Positions 32,901 through 43,316 of a stretch of DNA of 64,000 nt are shown in pieces. Each line of letters begins with the position of its first letter. The first letter of the stretch is position 1. The DNA is from Epithemia pelagica. Its lineage: Eukaryota > Protista > Bacillariophyta. The position numbers and the translations under genes were made by a program. The notes beneath the pieces are model-generated. The model saw only the letters and a list, made by a program, of their open reading frames with translations. It was not told where the DNA came from and made no database searches. The DNA is taken from NCBI GenBank assembly GCA_946965045.2, contig OX337241.1:1612001-1676000 (forward strand), read 5' to 3'.

Positions 32901-35900
32901 GAAAACGAAATAACAGCAGTACCAACTGCAGATGTTGCTGCTTTACCAACAAGTCCTCCAAGTTCGGTTGGAACAACAACACCCACAAGCGTGTTAACCA
33001 CCTTCCCAACATCACCAGCAACAAGGGTGACGCCCACTGGCGTCCCGACATCACAAGGAACCAATAAGGAAACTTCCCTTCAACCAGCGCAAGCTCCTTT
33101 TGCACAAAACGGAATGACGCAAGAACCAACAACAGACACACCTGGATCCGGAACTAGTGCTCCATCGGCTGTGCCGTCATCTGCATCAACCAAGGTCCGA
33201 ACCGAGTCACCTTCTTCGTTAGTAGAAGGTACAAACAGACCATCGTCCAAAGCGACAACAATTGCACCAACAACTGGAATAAATGGTGGAACAAGTCAAC
33301 CCTCTATTCCTGGACAGACAACATCACCTAGCGACGATACAACACCAACATCCACATCTGATGGCTCTCCTACAATCGCTCCGAACGCCCAGAGTCAATT
33401 AAGCGCCGGGCCAACTATACAAGACACAACAGAGGAAAATACCCCAGTTCCATCGACAAATACGATCGGCCCACCCACAAGTGGTCCATGGGTTGCTGAA
33501 ACAAATTCACCTGCAATAACCACAACATCCTCGCCATCTTCAATCGAACAAGGTACAAACGCACCATCGAGAGAAATTACAACATCATCCCCCACCATTG
33601 ATGGGACTGTCGTAACAAGTCCACCCTCGACTTTTCGTCAGACTGGATCTCCAGGTGACACATCAAACACTGATAGTCCAACATTCGCTCCAAACAAGCA
33701 AGATGCGCCAAGCGCTTTACCAACAATACCGAGGACAGGTCAGGAGGCAACCGGCCAACCCACCGAAGCACCATTTGGACAAAGCGGAAATACTCCAGTT
33801 CCAACTACAGATACACCTGGCTCACCCACAAGTGCTCCATCCTTCGCTGGAACATCATCGCCTTCTTCAATCGAACCCGGTACAAACACACCATCGCGAG
33901 AAATTACAACATCGTCCCCCAGCATTGAAGCAACAGTGGTACCTACTCAGCCCTCAACTTTTCGTCAGACTGGATCCCCAAGTGGCACAGCAAACACTGA
34001 TAGTCCAACAATCGCCCCAAACAAGCAAGATGCTCCGAGTGCTTTACCAACAACTCCGAGGACAGGTCAGGAGGCAACCAGCCAACCCACCGAAGCGCCA
34101 TTTGGACAAAGCGGAAATACCCCAGTTCCAACAACAGATCCAGTTGTCTCACCCACAAGTGCTCCATCCTTCGCTGGAACATCATCGCCTTCTTCAATCG
34201 AACCCGGTACAAACACACCATCGAGAGAAATTACAACATCGTCCCCCAGCATTGAAGCAACAGTGGTAACTACTCAGCCCTCAACTTTTCGTCAGACTGG
34301 ATCCCCAAGTGGCACAGCAAACACTGATAGTCCAACAATCGCCCCAAACAAGCAAGATGCTCCCAGCGCTTTACCAACAAAAACGGGGACAGGTCAGGAG
34401 GCAACCGGCCAACCCACCGAAGCACCATTTGGACAAAGCGGAAATACTCCAGTTCCAACTACAGATACACCTGGCTCACCCACAAGTGCTCCATCGTTCG
34501 CTGGAACATCATCGCCTTCTTCAATCGAACCCGGTACAAACACACCATCGAGAGAAATTACAACATCGTCCCCCAGCATTGAAGCAACAGTGGTACCTAC
34601 TCAGCCCTCAACTTTTCGTCAGACTGGATCCCCAAGTGGCACAGCAAACACTGATAGTCCAACAATCGCCCCAAACAAGCAAGATGCTCCGAGTGCTTTA
34701 CCAACAACTCCGAGGACAGGTCAGGAGGCAACCGGCCAACCCACCGAAGCGCCATTTGGACAAAGCGGAAATACCCCAGTTTCAACAACACATCCAGTTG
34801 TCTCACCCACAAGTGCTCCATCCTTCGCTGGAACATCATCGCCTTCTTCAATCGAACCCGGTACAAACACACCATCGAGAGAAATTACAACATCGTCCCC
34901 CAGCATTGAAGCAACAGTGGTAACTACTCAGCCCTCAACTTTTCGTCAGACTGGATCCCCAAGTGGCACAGCAAACACTGATAGTCCAACAATCGCCCCA
35001 AACAAGCAAGATGCTCCCAGCGCTTTACCAACAAAAACGGGGACAGGTCAGGAGGCAACCGGCCAACCCACCGAAGCGCCATTTGGACAAAGCGGAAATA
35101 CCCCAGTTCCAACTACAGATCCAGTTGTCTCACCCACAAGTGCTCCATCCTTCGCTGGAACATCATCGCCTTCTTCAATCGAACCCAGTACAAACACACC
35201 ATCGAGAGAAATTACAACATCGTCCCCCAGCATTGAAGCAACAGTGGTAACTATTCAGCCCTCAACTTTTCGTCAGACTGGATCCCCAAGTGGCACAGCA
35301 AACACTGATAGTCCAACAATCGCCCCAAACAAGCAAGATGCTCCCAGCGCTTTACCAACAAAAACGGGGACAGGTCAGGAGGCAACCGGCCAACCCACCG
35401 AAGCACCATTTGGACAAAGCGGAAATACTCCAGTTCCAACTACAGATACACCTGGCTCACCCACAAGTGCTCCATCGTTCGCTGGAACATCATCGCCTTC
35501 TTCAATCGAACCTGGCACAAACACACCATCGAGAGAAATTACAACATCGTCCCCCAGCATTGAAGCAACAGTGGTACCTACTCAGCCCTCAACTTTTCGT
35601 CAGACTGGATCCCCAAGTGGCACAGCAAACACTGATAGTCCAACAATCGCCCCAAACAAGCAAGATGCTCCGAGTGCTTTACCAACAACTCCGAGGACAG
35701 GTCAGGAGGCAACCGGCCAACCCACCGAAGCGCCATTTGGACAAAGCGGAAATACCCCAGTTCCAACAACAGATCCAGTTGTCTCACCCACAAGTGCTCC
35801 ATCCTTCGCTGGAACATCATCGCCTTCTTCAATCGAACCCGGTACAAACACACCATCGAGAGAAATTACAACATCGTCCCCCAGCATTGAAGCAACAGTG

Positions 35901-38900
35901 GTAACTACTCAGCCCTCAACTTTTCGTCAGACTGGATCCCCAAGTAGCACAGCAAACACTGATAGTCCAACAATCGCCCCAAACAAGCAAGATGCTCCCA
36001 GCGCTTTACCAACAAAAACGGGGACAGGTCAGGAGGCAACCGGCCAAGCCACCGAAGCGCCATTTGGACAAAGCGGAAATACCCCAGTTCCAACTACAGA
36101 TCCAGTTGTCTCACCCACAAGTGCTCCATCCTTCGCTGGAACATCATCGCCTTCTTCAATCGAACCCGGTACAAACACACCATCGAGAGAAATTACAACA
36201 TCGTCCCCCAGCATTGAAGCAACAGTGGTAACTTCTCAGGCCTCAACTTTTCGTCAGACTGGATCCCCAAGTAGCACATCAAACACTGATAGTCCAACAT
36301 TCGATCCAAACAAGCAAGAAGCTCCGAGTGCTTTACCAACAATACCGAGGACAGGTCAGGAGGCAACCGGCCAACCCACTGAAGCACCATTCGGACAAAG
36401 TGGAAATACTCCAGTTCCAACAAAAGAGACACCTGGATTACCTACAAGTCTTCCGTCGTCTGTTGGAACTGAATCACCATCAAGAGGTACAGATTCACCG
36501 TCAACAGAGCTACCAACAGTGACACTTAGCACATCATCGAATATCGATACGACACAGCCGACTTTAGCTCTTCAAACTGGATCGCCCAGTAATATAGAAA
36601 TTCCTACGTCAGAAAGTACTGGGTCGCCCACAGCGGCGTCAAGCTCTTCGCCAACAACTACAGGGTCAAATCTCGGGACTACAGTTCAAACAACGGAAGC
36701 ACCGTTTGGACAAAGCAATGGGCAAAGTGACATCACTGCGACACCAACCAACGAGCCATCTGCCTCTAGAGCAACTCAACCACCCTCAAGCATGGCACCA
36801 ACGCCACCTCCAGCGAATGACCAAAGAACAAACACTCCCACAGTGGCATCAACAACTGACATGAACGGCGCTACCATTCAGCCTTCTTCACTTCTTCAGA
36901 CTTTATCTCCCAGTGATAAGGTTACTCCAACATCTCCTACCAGTTCACCTTCAATCACTCCGAGCAAAAAAGATGAGCCCAGCTCCTCGCCGACAACGCA
37001 ACTAACAGACAAAAACACTTCTAGTCCGCCAACACAAACACCACTAGACGAGAACGAAGTAACTCCAGCGCCATCTTCATTGCAGGAGAATACTGCTACG
37101 AGCAATCCTTCATCAAATTCCGCGGCGACAAACACAAAAATTCCCAGTGGGTCACCTTCCAGACAATCACCTACGATCATGCCAACACCTCCAACGGCAG
37201 TTGACGAAGAAAGCTTCGTTCCTACGATATTTGCAGGCACAGAGACACCATCGGGCGCAACCGTGGAAAGTACTCCACCTTCATTGAATGCTCCCATCAG
37301 TCCGTCTTCCACTTCTGCTACCGAGCAGCCTAGCAGTTTGGCAGCAACACCATCAGTTTCCCCTGTTGACAACTCTGGTACCTTCTCTCCATCCAGCACA
37401 ACGACCGAAGTTCCAATTTCAACAACCGTTGCGCCGTCTGAGGCTCCCGCAGGCAATACTGGTGGTACCAACAGCCCTTCGTTGGGTCCAGTGGATTTAT
37501 TGACGACCATTCCAACAACTCAAGCCACCGGTTCTCCTACGGCAATATCGTCATTACCTCCTGCTGTGTCGAATGGTAATACAATAGCTCCTACGGTATT
37601 TGCAGGCACAGAGGCACCATCGGGAGCAACCGTGGAAAGTACTCCACCTTCATTGAATGCTCCCATCAGTCCGTCTTCCACTTCTGCTACCGAGCAGCCT
37701 AGCAGTTTGGCAGCAACACCATCAGTTTCCCCTGTTGACAACTCTGGTACCTCCTCTCCATCCAGCACAACGACCGAAGTTCCAATTTCAACAACCGTTG
37801 CGCCGTCTGAGGCTCCCGCAGGCAATACTGGTGGTACCAACAGCCCTTCGTTGGGTCCAGTGGATATATTGACGATCATTCCAACAACTCAAGCCACCGG
37901 TTCTCCTACGGCAATATCGTCATTACCTCCTGCTGTGTCGAATGGTAATACAATAGCTCCTACGGTATTTGCAGGCACAGAGACACCATCGGGAGCAACC
38001 GTGGAAAGTACTCCACCTTCATTGAATGCTCCCATCAGTCCGTCTTCCACTTCTGCTACCGAGCAGCCTAGCAGTTTGGCAGCAACACCATCAGTTTCCC
38101 CTGTTGACAACTCTGGTACCTCCTCTCCGTCGATCACAAGGACAGAGGTTCCAGTTTCAACAACCGTTGCGCCGTCTGAGGCTCCCGCAGGCAATACTGG
38201 TGGTACCAACAGCCCGTCGTTGGGTCCAGTGGATTTATTGACGACCATTCCAACAACTCAAGCCACCGGTTCTCCTACGGTCACCACAATATTGCCCTCG
38301 ACAGATGCTCCCTCCGCAGAAAATCAAATATCGGGCTCTTCATCTACAAGGGTTCCGACTTCGCCACCATCATTGTCCCCGACATCATCACGGTGTGGGT
38401 TGTCGGCAGCGCAGCGGGAAACGGCTATTAATGACACCATATCTAGTCTTTATGGACCAGCAGCAAGCCTTTGGAATTCTTCTACACCCCAATATGATGC
38501 ATTCGTGTGGCTTGTGGACAACGACCCAGGATTCGTGTGCCCAGGATCGGCTAATCTGGTTCAACGCTATGTGCTGGCAGTTCTGTACATGGGAACAAGC
38601 GGGAATTCCTGGATATCGTGCTCAACAGGGGACGAAATCGGGTGTGACGGCGAACCTTTTTTAAGCGCAAGTGACGAATGCGACTGGGGAGGCATATATT
38701 GTAACGATGACGGAAATCTCACTGGTATTCATCTTGACAAAAACAACCTTGTTGGAACAATACCATCGGAGCTGGGGCTGTTGAAAAATCTAGAAGAAAT
38801 TGTCATGGATGATAATCAACTCTCCGGTTCGATTCCATCATACCTGGGAAATATTTCAGCATTGCAAATTGTCGATCTTGATAACAACACATTGACTGGG

Positions 38901-39224
38901 ATCATTCCCTCTGAGCTTTTTGATGCGACTGATTTAAGAGTTTTGGATTTGGACACAAATTCGTTGGACGGAACCATATCTACACTTTTTGGACAGCTTA
39001 CGAATCTCTACTTCCTTCAACTTGACCGAAACAACCTGACTGGTGTTTTACCGTCCACGGAACTTGGGAGCCTGACCAACTTGCGTTACCTTTCCGTGTT
39101 TGCAAACGCTTTCTCGGGGACAATATCGGGATCACTTTGCACAAACAATGAAATAACGCTGTATGGCGATTGTGACATTTGCGATTCGGATTCGGACTGT
39201 TGCACGGCATGTCTTGATGGATAG
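29940..39224 (+). CDS. Giant (3094 aa) secreted Pro/Thr/Ser-rich mucin-like protein with C-terminal Cys-rich cap and LRR domain
   Basis: Signal peptide ending ...VHA, ~2750 aa of P/T/S stalk, QRYVLAVLY and ECDWGGIYC cap, LRRs (LxxLxLxxNxLxGxIP). No TM helix seen. Confidence 0.9.
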   Translation: MLIQCGFNRLPFFFGVLQLASVLVNVHADSSLSCGVQFSYTSSDFEYVCVPTTKNPTLAPLPTQAPIAIPTTPAPFGQQSNGSNQPTTTNQSPSPTWSPTVTTPRPSVLNPPSPATAQPTEIPFGENDLTSSPTILPSTVLPSRNPSISPLSQPPSEQPTYVSPTPASSVPNGTPFGENEMTLSPSSVPTTDPTTRSPHQLTSNPSIEEIKQPSQVPTGSPTVDSFSQSEITLQPSQTPTQQLPSMLTPEPTKFLGSPTAEPNGDPTIPEITSSPSSLPTKNPSVVMETFAPAETSQPTLSSTSTPTQAPTAMTAQPTVQAQVESSTSPNQSSSVDIPTPSPSEQALSSYMPTTQQTGQQATNTPTDAPFGQSGVTPSPATATADSPTSPPSSFGTPSPSANIEAATESPSSLQQGTSTPSTDVPTFAPTTVANVETDQPTIPGQTDSPSSGTTPTSATPGSPTPTVTPSIQDEPTFRPSSLATNHEASDEPTDAPFGQSGVTSGPATDTADSPTSPPSSFGTPSPSANIEAATESPSSLQQGTSTPSTDVPTFAPTTVANVETDQPTIPGQTDSPSSGTTPTSATPGSPTPTVTPSIQDEPTFRPSSLATNQEASDEPTDAPFGQSGVTSGPTTDTADSPTSPPSSFGTPSPSANIEAATESPSSLQQGTSTPSTDVPTFAPTTVANVETDQPTIPGQTDSPSSGTTPTSATPGSPTPTVTPSIQDEPTFRPSSLATNQEASDEPTDAPFGQSGVTSGPTTDTADSPTSPPSSFGTPSPSAIVEPATESPSSLQQGTSTPSIDVPTFAPTPEANRETNQPSIIGGTEAPIAATTPTSKTSDSPTVATSSQDDRTALPTSLGTNQEATGQPTTPPIGQSQISPAPTTDATNPPSSIGTTIPTSAPPSDFPTFQGTNQGATGQPTNPPFGQSETSSVPTTDTSSDSPTSPPSSNGTTTPTSVSTTTFPTSPATNNQQATVQPTDTSFGENEITAVPTADVAALPTSPPSSVGTTTPTSVLTTFPTSPATRVTPTGVPTSQGTNKETSLQPAQAPFAQNGMTQEPTTDTPGSGTSAPSAVPSSASTKVRTESPSSLVEGTNRPSSKATTIAPTTGINGGTSQPSIPGQTTSPSDDTTPTSTSDGSPTIAPNAQSQLSAGPTIQDTTEENTPVPSTNTIGPPTSGPWVAETNSPAITTTSSPSSIEQGTNAPSREITTSSPTIDGTVVTSPPSTFRQTGSPGDTSNTDSPTFAPNKQDAPSALPTIPRTGQEATGQPTEAPFGQSGNTPVPTTDTPGSPTSAPSFAGTSSPSSIEPGTNTPSREITTSSPSIEATVVPTQPSTFRQTGSPSGTANTDSPTIAPNKQDAPSALPTTPRTGQEATSQPTEAPFGQSGNTPVPTTDPVVSPTSAPSFAGTSSPSSIEPGTNTPSREITTSSPSIEATVVTTQPSTFRQTGSPSGTANTDSPTIAPNKQDAPSALPTKTGTGQEATGQPTEAPFGQSGNTPVPTTDTPGSPTSAPSFAGTSSPSSIEPGTNTPSREITTSSPSIEATVVPTQPSTFRQTGSPSGTANTDSPTIAPNKQDAPSALPTTPRTGQEATGQPTEAPFGQSGNTPVSTTHPVVSPTSAPSFAGTSSPSSIEPGTNTPSREITTSSPSIEATVVTTQPSTFRQTGSPSGTANTDSPTIAPNKQDAPSALPTKTGTGQEATGQPTEAPFGQSGNTPVPTTDPVVSPTSAPSFAGTSSPSSIEPSTNTPSREITTSSPSIEATVVTIQPSTFRQTGSPSGTANTDSPTIAPNKQDAPSALPTKTGTGQEATGQPTEAPFGQSGNTPVPTTDTPGSPTSAPSFAGTSSPSSIEPGTNTPSREITTSSPSIEATVVPTQPSTFRQTGSPSGTANTDSPTIAPNKQDAPSALPTTPRTGQEATGQPTEAPFGQSGNTPVPTTDPVVSPTSAPSFAGTSSPSSIEPGTNTPSREITTSSPSIEATVVTTQPSTFRQTGSPSSTANTDSPTIAPNKQDAPSALPTKTGTGQEATGQATEAPFGQSGNTPVPTTDPVVSPTSAPSFAGTSSPSSIEPGTNTPSREITTSSPSIEATVVTSQASTFRQTGSPSSTSNTDSPTFDPNKQEAPSALPTIPRTGQEATGQPTEAPFGQSGNTPVPTKETPGLPTSLPSSVGTESPSRGTDSPSTELPTVTLSTSSNIDTTQPTLALQTGSPSNIEIPTSESTGSPTAASSSSPTTTGSNLGTTVQTTEAPFGQSNGQSDITATPTNEPSASRATQPPSSMAPTPPPANDQRTNTPTVASTTDMNGATIQPSSLLQTLSPSDKVTPTSPTSSPSITPSKKDEPSSSPTTQLTDKNTSSPPTQTPLDENEVTPAPSSLQENTATSNPSSNSAATNTKIPSGSPSRQSPTIMPTPPTAVDEESFVPTIFAGTETPSGATVESTPPSLNAPISPSSTSATEQPSSLAATPSVSPVDNSGTFSPSSTTTEVPISTTVAPSEAPAGNTGGTNSPSLGPVDLLTTIPTTQATGSPTAISSLPPAVSNGNTIAPTVFAGTEAPSGATVESTPPSLNAPISPSSTSATEQPSSLAATPSVSPVDNSGTSSPSSTTTEVPISTTVAPSEAPAGNTGGTNSPSLGPVDILTIIPTTQATGSPTAISSLPPAVSNGNTIAPTVFAGTETPSGATVESTPPSLNAPISPSSTSATEQPSSLAATPSVSPVDNSGTSSPSITRTEVPVSTTVAPSEAPAGNTGGTNSPSLGPVDLLTTIPTTQATGSPTVTTILPSTDAPSAENQISGSSSTRVPTSPPSLSPTSSRCGLSAAQRETAINDTISSLYGPAASLWNSSTPQYDAFVWLVDNDPGFVCPGSANLVQRYVLAVLYMGTSGNSWISCSTGDEIGCDGEPFLSASDECDWGGIYCNDDGNLTGIHLDKNNLVGTIPSELGLLKNLEEIVMDDNQLSGSIPSYLGNISALQIVDLDNNTLTGIIPSELFDATDLRVLDLDTNSLDGTISTLFGQLTNLYFLQLDRNNLTGVLPSTELGSLTNLRYLSVFANAFSGTISGSLCTNNEITLYGDCDICDSDSDCCTACLDG
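31031..32370 (+). repeat. 381-bp (127-aa) coding tandem repeat, about 3.5 copies
   Basis: Unit starts at 31031, 31412, 31793 and 32174; the copies are near-identical. Confidence 0.92.
33520..36430 (+). repeat. 327-bp (109-aa) coding tandem repeat, about 9 copies
   Basis: The 327-bp period is visible in the sequence and in shadow ORFs at 33740, 34067, 34394 ... 36029. Confidence 0.92.
37215..38285 (+). repeat. 369-bp (123-aa) coding tandem repeat, about 3 copies
   Basis: The period is seen at 37288/37657/38026. Confidence 0.9.
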
Positions 39225-39252
39225 AAAAGCTTCTCCGCCTTAAGTCTAACGC

Positions 39253-39636
39253 AGTGTCTTTGTATTTTGTATGTTATTCCACAACAAGGACATTTTCAAC
39301 GGAGCTTGTTGAAATTGCAATAGTGTTGCAAATTGATAGGATATTTAGGACCAACCAGTGTGGTCTTTGGAATCAAAGCTGAACTTCTACCTGCTTTATC
39401 CACACGAATACGAGATACGCGTGCATCACAGTTCTCGCTGCTTGTGTGCTTGTGTTTTTGTGCTTGTGTAACAGCAGTTTCGAGGAGAAGAAGGAGAAGT
39501 AGCGTTCGTGTGGATGAATGAGATACAAAATGATTCCCTCTTTATTATGGGTTGGGCGCTTCTGTGGTACATGTCGCCCTGCGTGTGGATAAAGGCAGAC
39601 GCGGGAAGGATACATCCGAGAGTTGTTCTTTTAGGT
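39253..39636 (+). repeat. 3' flank of LRR gene 1, duplicated at 42914-43307
   Basis: Collinear similarity from GTG(T/A)CTTTGTATTTTGTAT through GAGAGTTGTTCTTTTAGGT. Confidence 0.9.
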
Positions 39637-39660
39637 CATTTCTAGTTTTTTTAAACAGTT

Positions 39661-39810
39661 AAGTTACGGCCTCGCTGGAATGTGTGGATGGCGCGGCATT
39701 TGAAAGAGGAGAAAACCGTTGGAATTAGGTCCCCAACTCCCCAATCCTGAATCCTTATACAGCCGAAAGCCACAATTCGAGCACACAACGAACACAAACA
39801 CAACACTTCA
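39661..39810 (+). promoter_or_regulatory. Orphan copy of the sequence immediately upstream of LRR gene 2 (44199-44338)
   Basis: Shared AAGTTACG..CGCTGGAATGTG..GCGCGGCATTTGAA..AAAACCGTTGGAATT..GAGCACACAACGAACACAAACACA..CACTTCA. Promoter function is inferred from position only. Confidence 0.7.
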
Positions 39811-40324
39811 CTACTAGAGAGTAGTCCCATGACATGACTATCATTGGCAATTGGAGTAATAACAGCTTGCTGATGAGTCGAGAAGCCAATGGAGCGTTCT
39901 CCTGCACCTTGACGAGACGATGCTGGTCGGCGGCATAAAAGGAGGAAAGGACGGTTTCTGGCTAAAGGCCAAGGCCAGTTCCACGTCCGACGTGGGATAT
40001 TGATCACAGGCCGGCGGACACATGTTGGTGGTGGTTGTATGGGATATATGGTACAGTTTTCTTGATGATCGAACGGCGTTATGTTTTATTGACTCCGCCT
40101 CTCGTCTTCTGTGAGAGATGATGATTGATGCGTTCGGATATACACTACTATCCTATCACCATTGAAGGCGAGTTCTCAACAACGCTGTACTATATATGAT
40201 CAAACTAGGTAGTCCTTGAGCTGCGGTTTTGGCAGTAGTACATCGCAGCGCCTCATGCACAAACACGCAATCGTTATTCAAACAGATATCATCATTCATC
40301 ATCCATGTTACTACAAGGCCATGA

Positions 40325-41815
40325 CTAGAAGAGCAAGGCCGACGACAAGAACAACAATGTGGTGGTCACGCCAAGAACTGTCACTCGGGAGGCACTCGAG
40401 TCAGGAGATGGCGCTGGTGTCGTCGGAGCCGCGGTAGGCTCCAACAACTTTCCTTCTTGTTCCATGTCGGTATCAATACCAGTATACGTTGACGACGGTT
40501 GGTAGACCGTCAAGAAGTTCGCCGCGGCAGGATTGTTGGTGAAAAAACCACTATCCAGAAGTGCCTTGGTTTCATCCAGACCTTCCAGGACGACAAGAAT
40601 GACCTCGGCCGGGTCAATGGTACCAGCCAACAACCATACCTTGAGGACACCGTTTTGAGATTCCAGGGCTGTGATGAAAGCATCACGCAAGGGCTGGTAC
40701 TCAATGTACTGAAAGTCGGCATAGTCGGTGAAGGTAAAGGCGGTGTAACTGATGGCTTGCATGGGCTCGTTCAAGTCTTCGACACTTAGTTGGCCCGTGA
40801 CTTCATTGGTACTGTACGACGCAACGACATCGACACTCGTAAAGGCAGTGACAAAGTCCGCATTCGTTGCAACAAGGTCGGCAATGATTTTGTCCTCCAC
40901 TTGCGAATTCTCATACTCGACGACAGCAATAATGGTGGTCACATTAAATGTGGTAAGCTGCGAATCGAGGGTAAAGTCTTGGTACCCCGTAAAGCCATCG
41001 TCACTCTTTTCACGCATGGCTCGAATGGAGGCGTCACGCAAAGGTCGGAACTCATCGATGGTTCGATCGTCCTTGACGGTCCAGACTGAAAGAGACACTT
41101 GACGATTCAGCGAGCCTTCTACACCGACATCGGTATCAACACCCACACGGGCATACGTCGGTGGAAACTCGGCAAAGAAGGGCGTGGCAGCGGTCGAAAT
41201 GGCTCCAGAATTGGCATCAAACGCATCAAGATTGGTAAACACAATCATCACGATGGCATCGTCCGTCCCTGTCGCGTACAAGATGTTTCGAACACCCTGT
41301 AGTCCTACCACGGTGGTAGCAAAGGTGTCAGCGGCGGCAGCAAAGTTGGCGATGTTGATGTTGGGCATGTAGACGACGCCAACAGCTTGAAAGGGCAAAC
41401 TCAAATCTTCCACGTTACCAAAGCCGTTGCCCGTGTAATCAAATCCACCATTGGCCGAGGGAACGACCGCAGCCTAGGCCGCTGCAAAGGACGGATCCGA
41501 TCCGACCAACTGCGCAGGAACGACATCACCCGCTTCCGCTGTCGTCCATTGTGTCATGGAGAGGATGGTAGGCACCGTGACTACGGTAGCGTCCACCATG
41601 TTCCGAACGACCGTGTAATCTTGATACCCTGTAAAGCCATCGGCGGCGGCACCGCGGAGCGCGCGGATCGATGCATCACGGTCAACGTTGAAGCCTTCAA
41701 TGGAAGCATTCGGGTCGGCCAATTCCCATTCGGCAATACTCAAGTACTGTGCATTGGCAAGGTTAGTGCTACCAGCAGAAAGTACGACGAGGGCAAATGA
41801 CGCGAATATGTTCAT
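40325..41815 (-). CDS. Secreted, probably GPI-anchored protein with internal ~200-aa duplication, with in-frame TAG at 41474-41476
   Basis: Signal peptide MNIFASFALVVLSAG. RDASIRA..DGFTGYQD occurs twice. P/T linker and hydrophobic C-terminus. ORFs 41474..41902 and 40325..41413 are in the same frame (FAAA*AAVVPSANGG). Confidence 0.75.
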
Positions 41816-42692
41816 GGTTGGCTTGAGTCTTGAGTCGATCGGCAAGAAAAAAAGTGTTTGCTTTGTCGATTTTGTGTGGAAGCATGGGAGAGAGCGACGC
41901 AAAGATGAGGTTCGCCGGTGCCGACCAGTAGGATCTTTTCCCCCGTCGCACTATCATCCAATAAGTATCCGGAATCAAATGAATCTTCTCCTGGTATTCC
42001 CATGATTCTCAGTTCTCAGTACAATAAGACGGTGTAGGATGTCGTCGTCGTCTCCGCGTGTTTTCTCTTCTCTCTACCTAGAAACTATCAACGATGTAAA
42101 ATACGTAGGAGTAAAAAAACTTTGCGGAGTGATGACAGATCACGTTGTCTTTTGTCTTGTCGATGAAGTCCAAGATCATCGCCCATCCCCATTATTATTT
42201 TTGGTTTTTGAACGGTCTACAATTAAAAATGAAACGTGAGCGCTTTTCAACGGGGTGGGGCGACTGGTCCCAGTTAATCACATTCATTCGCATTCATTCA
42301 CACATCGAAGCTCAGTCAATTACAACTGTGACTGGCAGCTGGCAGAAATCATCTCAACTCTCAACCCACGCGACGACCGACGAGGTAACCTTACGAGGTA
42401 GATTCTCGACTGTGTCCTCTAGTAGAGGAGTATATAGAGGAAAACTATGCTACTACCCTAGCTATCACCTATCACACTCTTTGCGTTAGTATGGAGGCAT
42501 AATTGAAACCAAAAACGAATCTGCCACTTCTCACAAAGATTCTCTGGGTATCACTCCTACTCGTACAACATGTTCACGTGGTTTCTCTTGAGACGTGAGA
42601 ACGAGGGTTCGGCAGAAGCCGCGAATAGCAATGTCCGCTTGCAACTTGCAACGTATCGCCATTATTTGAATCCAAGGTCTTGCCGAACCTTG

Positions 42693-42911
42693 GAGCAGCT
42701 TAGCAGTTTGTGGAAGCAACACCATCAGTTTCCCCTGTTGACATCTTTGGTACCTCCTCTCCGTCCAGCAAAACGACAAAGGTTCCAGTTTCAACAACCG
42801 GTGCGCCGTCTCCCACAGGAAATACTGGTGGTACCAACATCCCTTCGTTGGGTCCAGTGGATTTATTGACGATCATTCCAACAGCACAAGCCACCGATTT
42901 TCCTACTGTCA
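42693..42911 (+). pseudogene. Degenerate fragment of the LRR gene 1 stalk (matches ~38061-38285)
   Basis: GAGCAGC(C/T)TAGCAGTTTG...CATCAGTTTCCCCTGTTGACA...GGGTCCAGTGGATTTATTGACGA. It joins directly to the 3'-flank copy, with the LRR domain missing. Confidence 0.85.
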
Positions 42912-42913
42912 TT

Positions 42914-43307
42914 AGTGACTTTGTATTTTGTATCTTATTCCACCGCAAGGGAATTTTCAACGGAGCATGTTGAAAGTGCAATAGGATTGCGAATTGATAG
43001 GATATTTAGGACCAACCAGTGTGGTGTTTGGAATCAAAGCTGAACTTCTACCTGCTTTATCCACACGAATACGAGATACGTGTGCATCACAGTTCTCGCT
43101 ACTTGTGCGTTTGTGTTGGTGCTTGTGCTAGAGTGCACAGCAGTTCCGAGGAGAAGAAGGAGAAGAAGCGTTCGAGGTTCGAGTGGATGAATGAGATGAA
43201 AAATGGTTCCCTCTTTATTATGATGGCCGTTTCTGTGGTAGATGTCGCCCTGCGTGTGGATAAAGGCAGACGCGGGAAGGATACATCCGAGAGTTGTTCT
43301 TTTAGGT
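42914..43307 (+). repeat. Second copy of the LRR gene 1 3' flank
   Basis: See 39253-39636. Confidence 0.9.
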
Positions 43308-43316
43308 ATTTCGCTC

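Noticed and set aside
30340-38664. Many periodic antisense and alternate-frame ORFs
   Set aside because: These are shadows of the coding tandem repeats and P/T/S codon bias.
8473-41476. Genome-wide stop-codon reassignment
   Set aside because: TAA, TAG and TGA all terminate well-conserved genes here, and multi-kb ORFs contain no internal stops.
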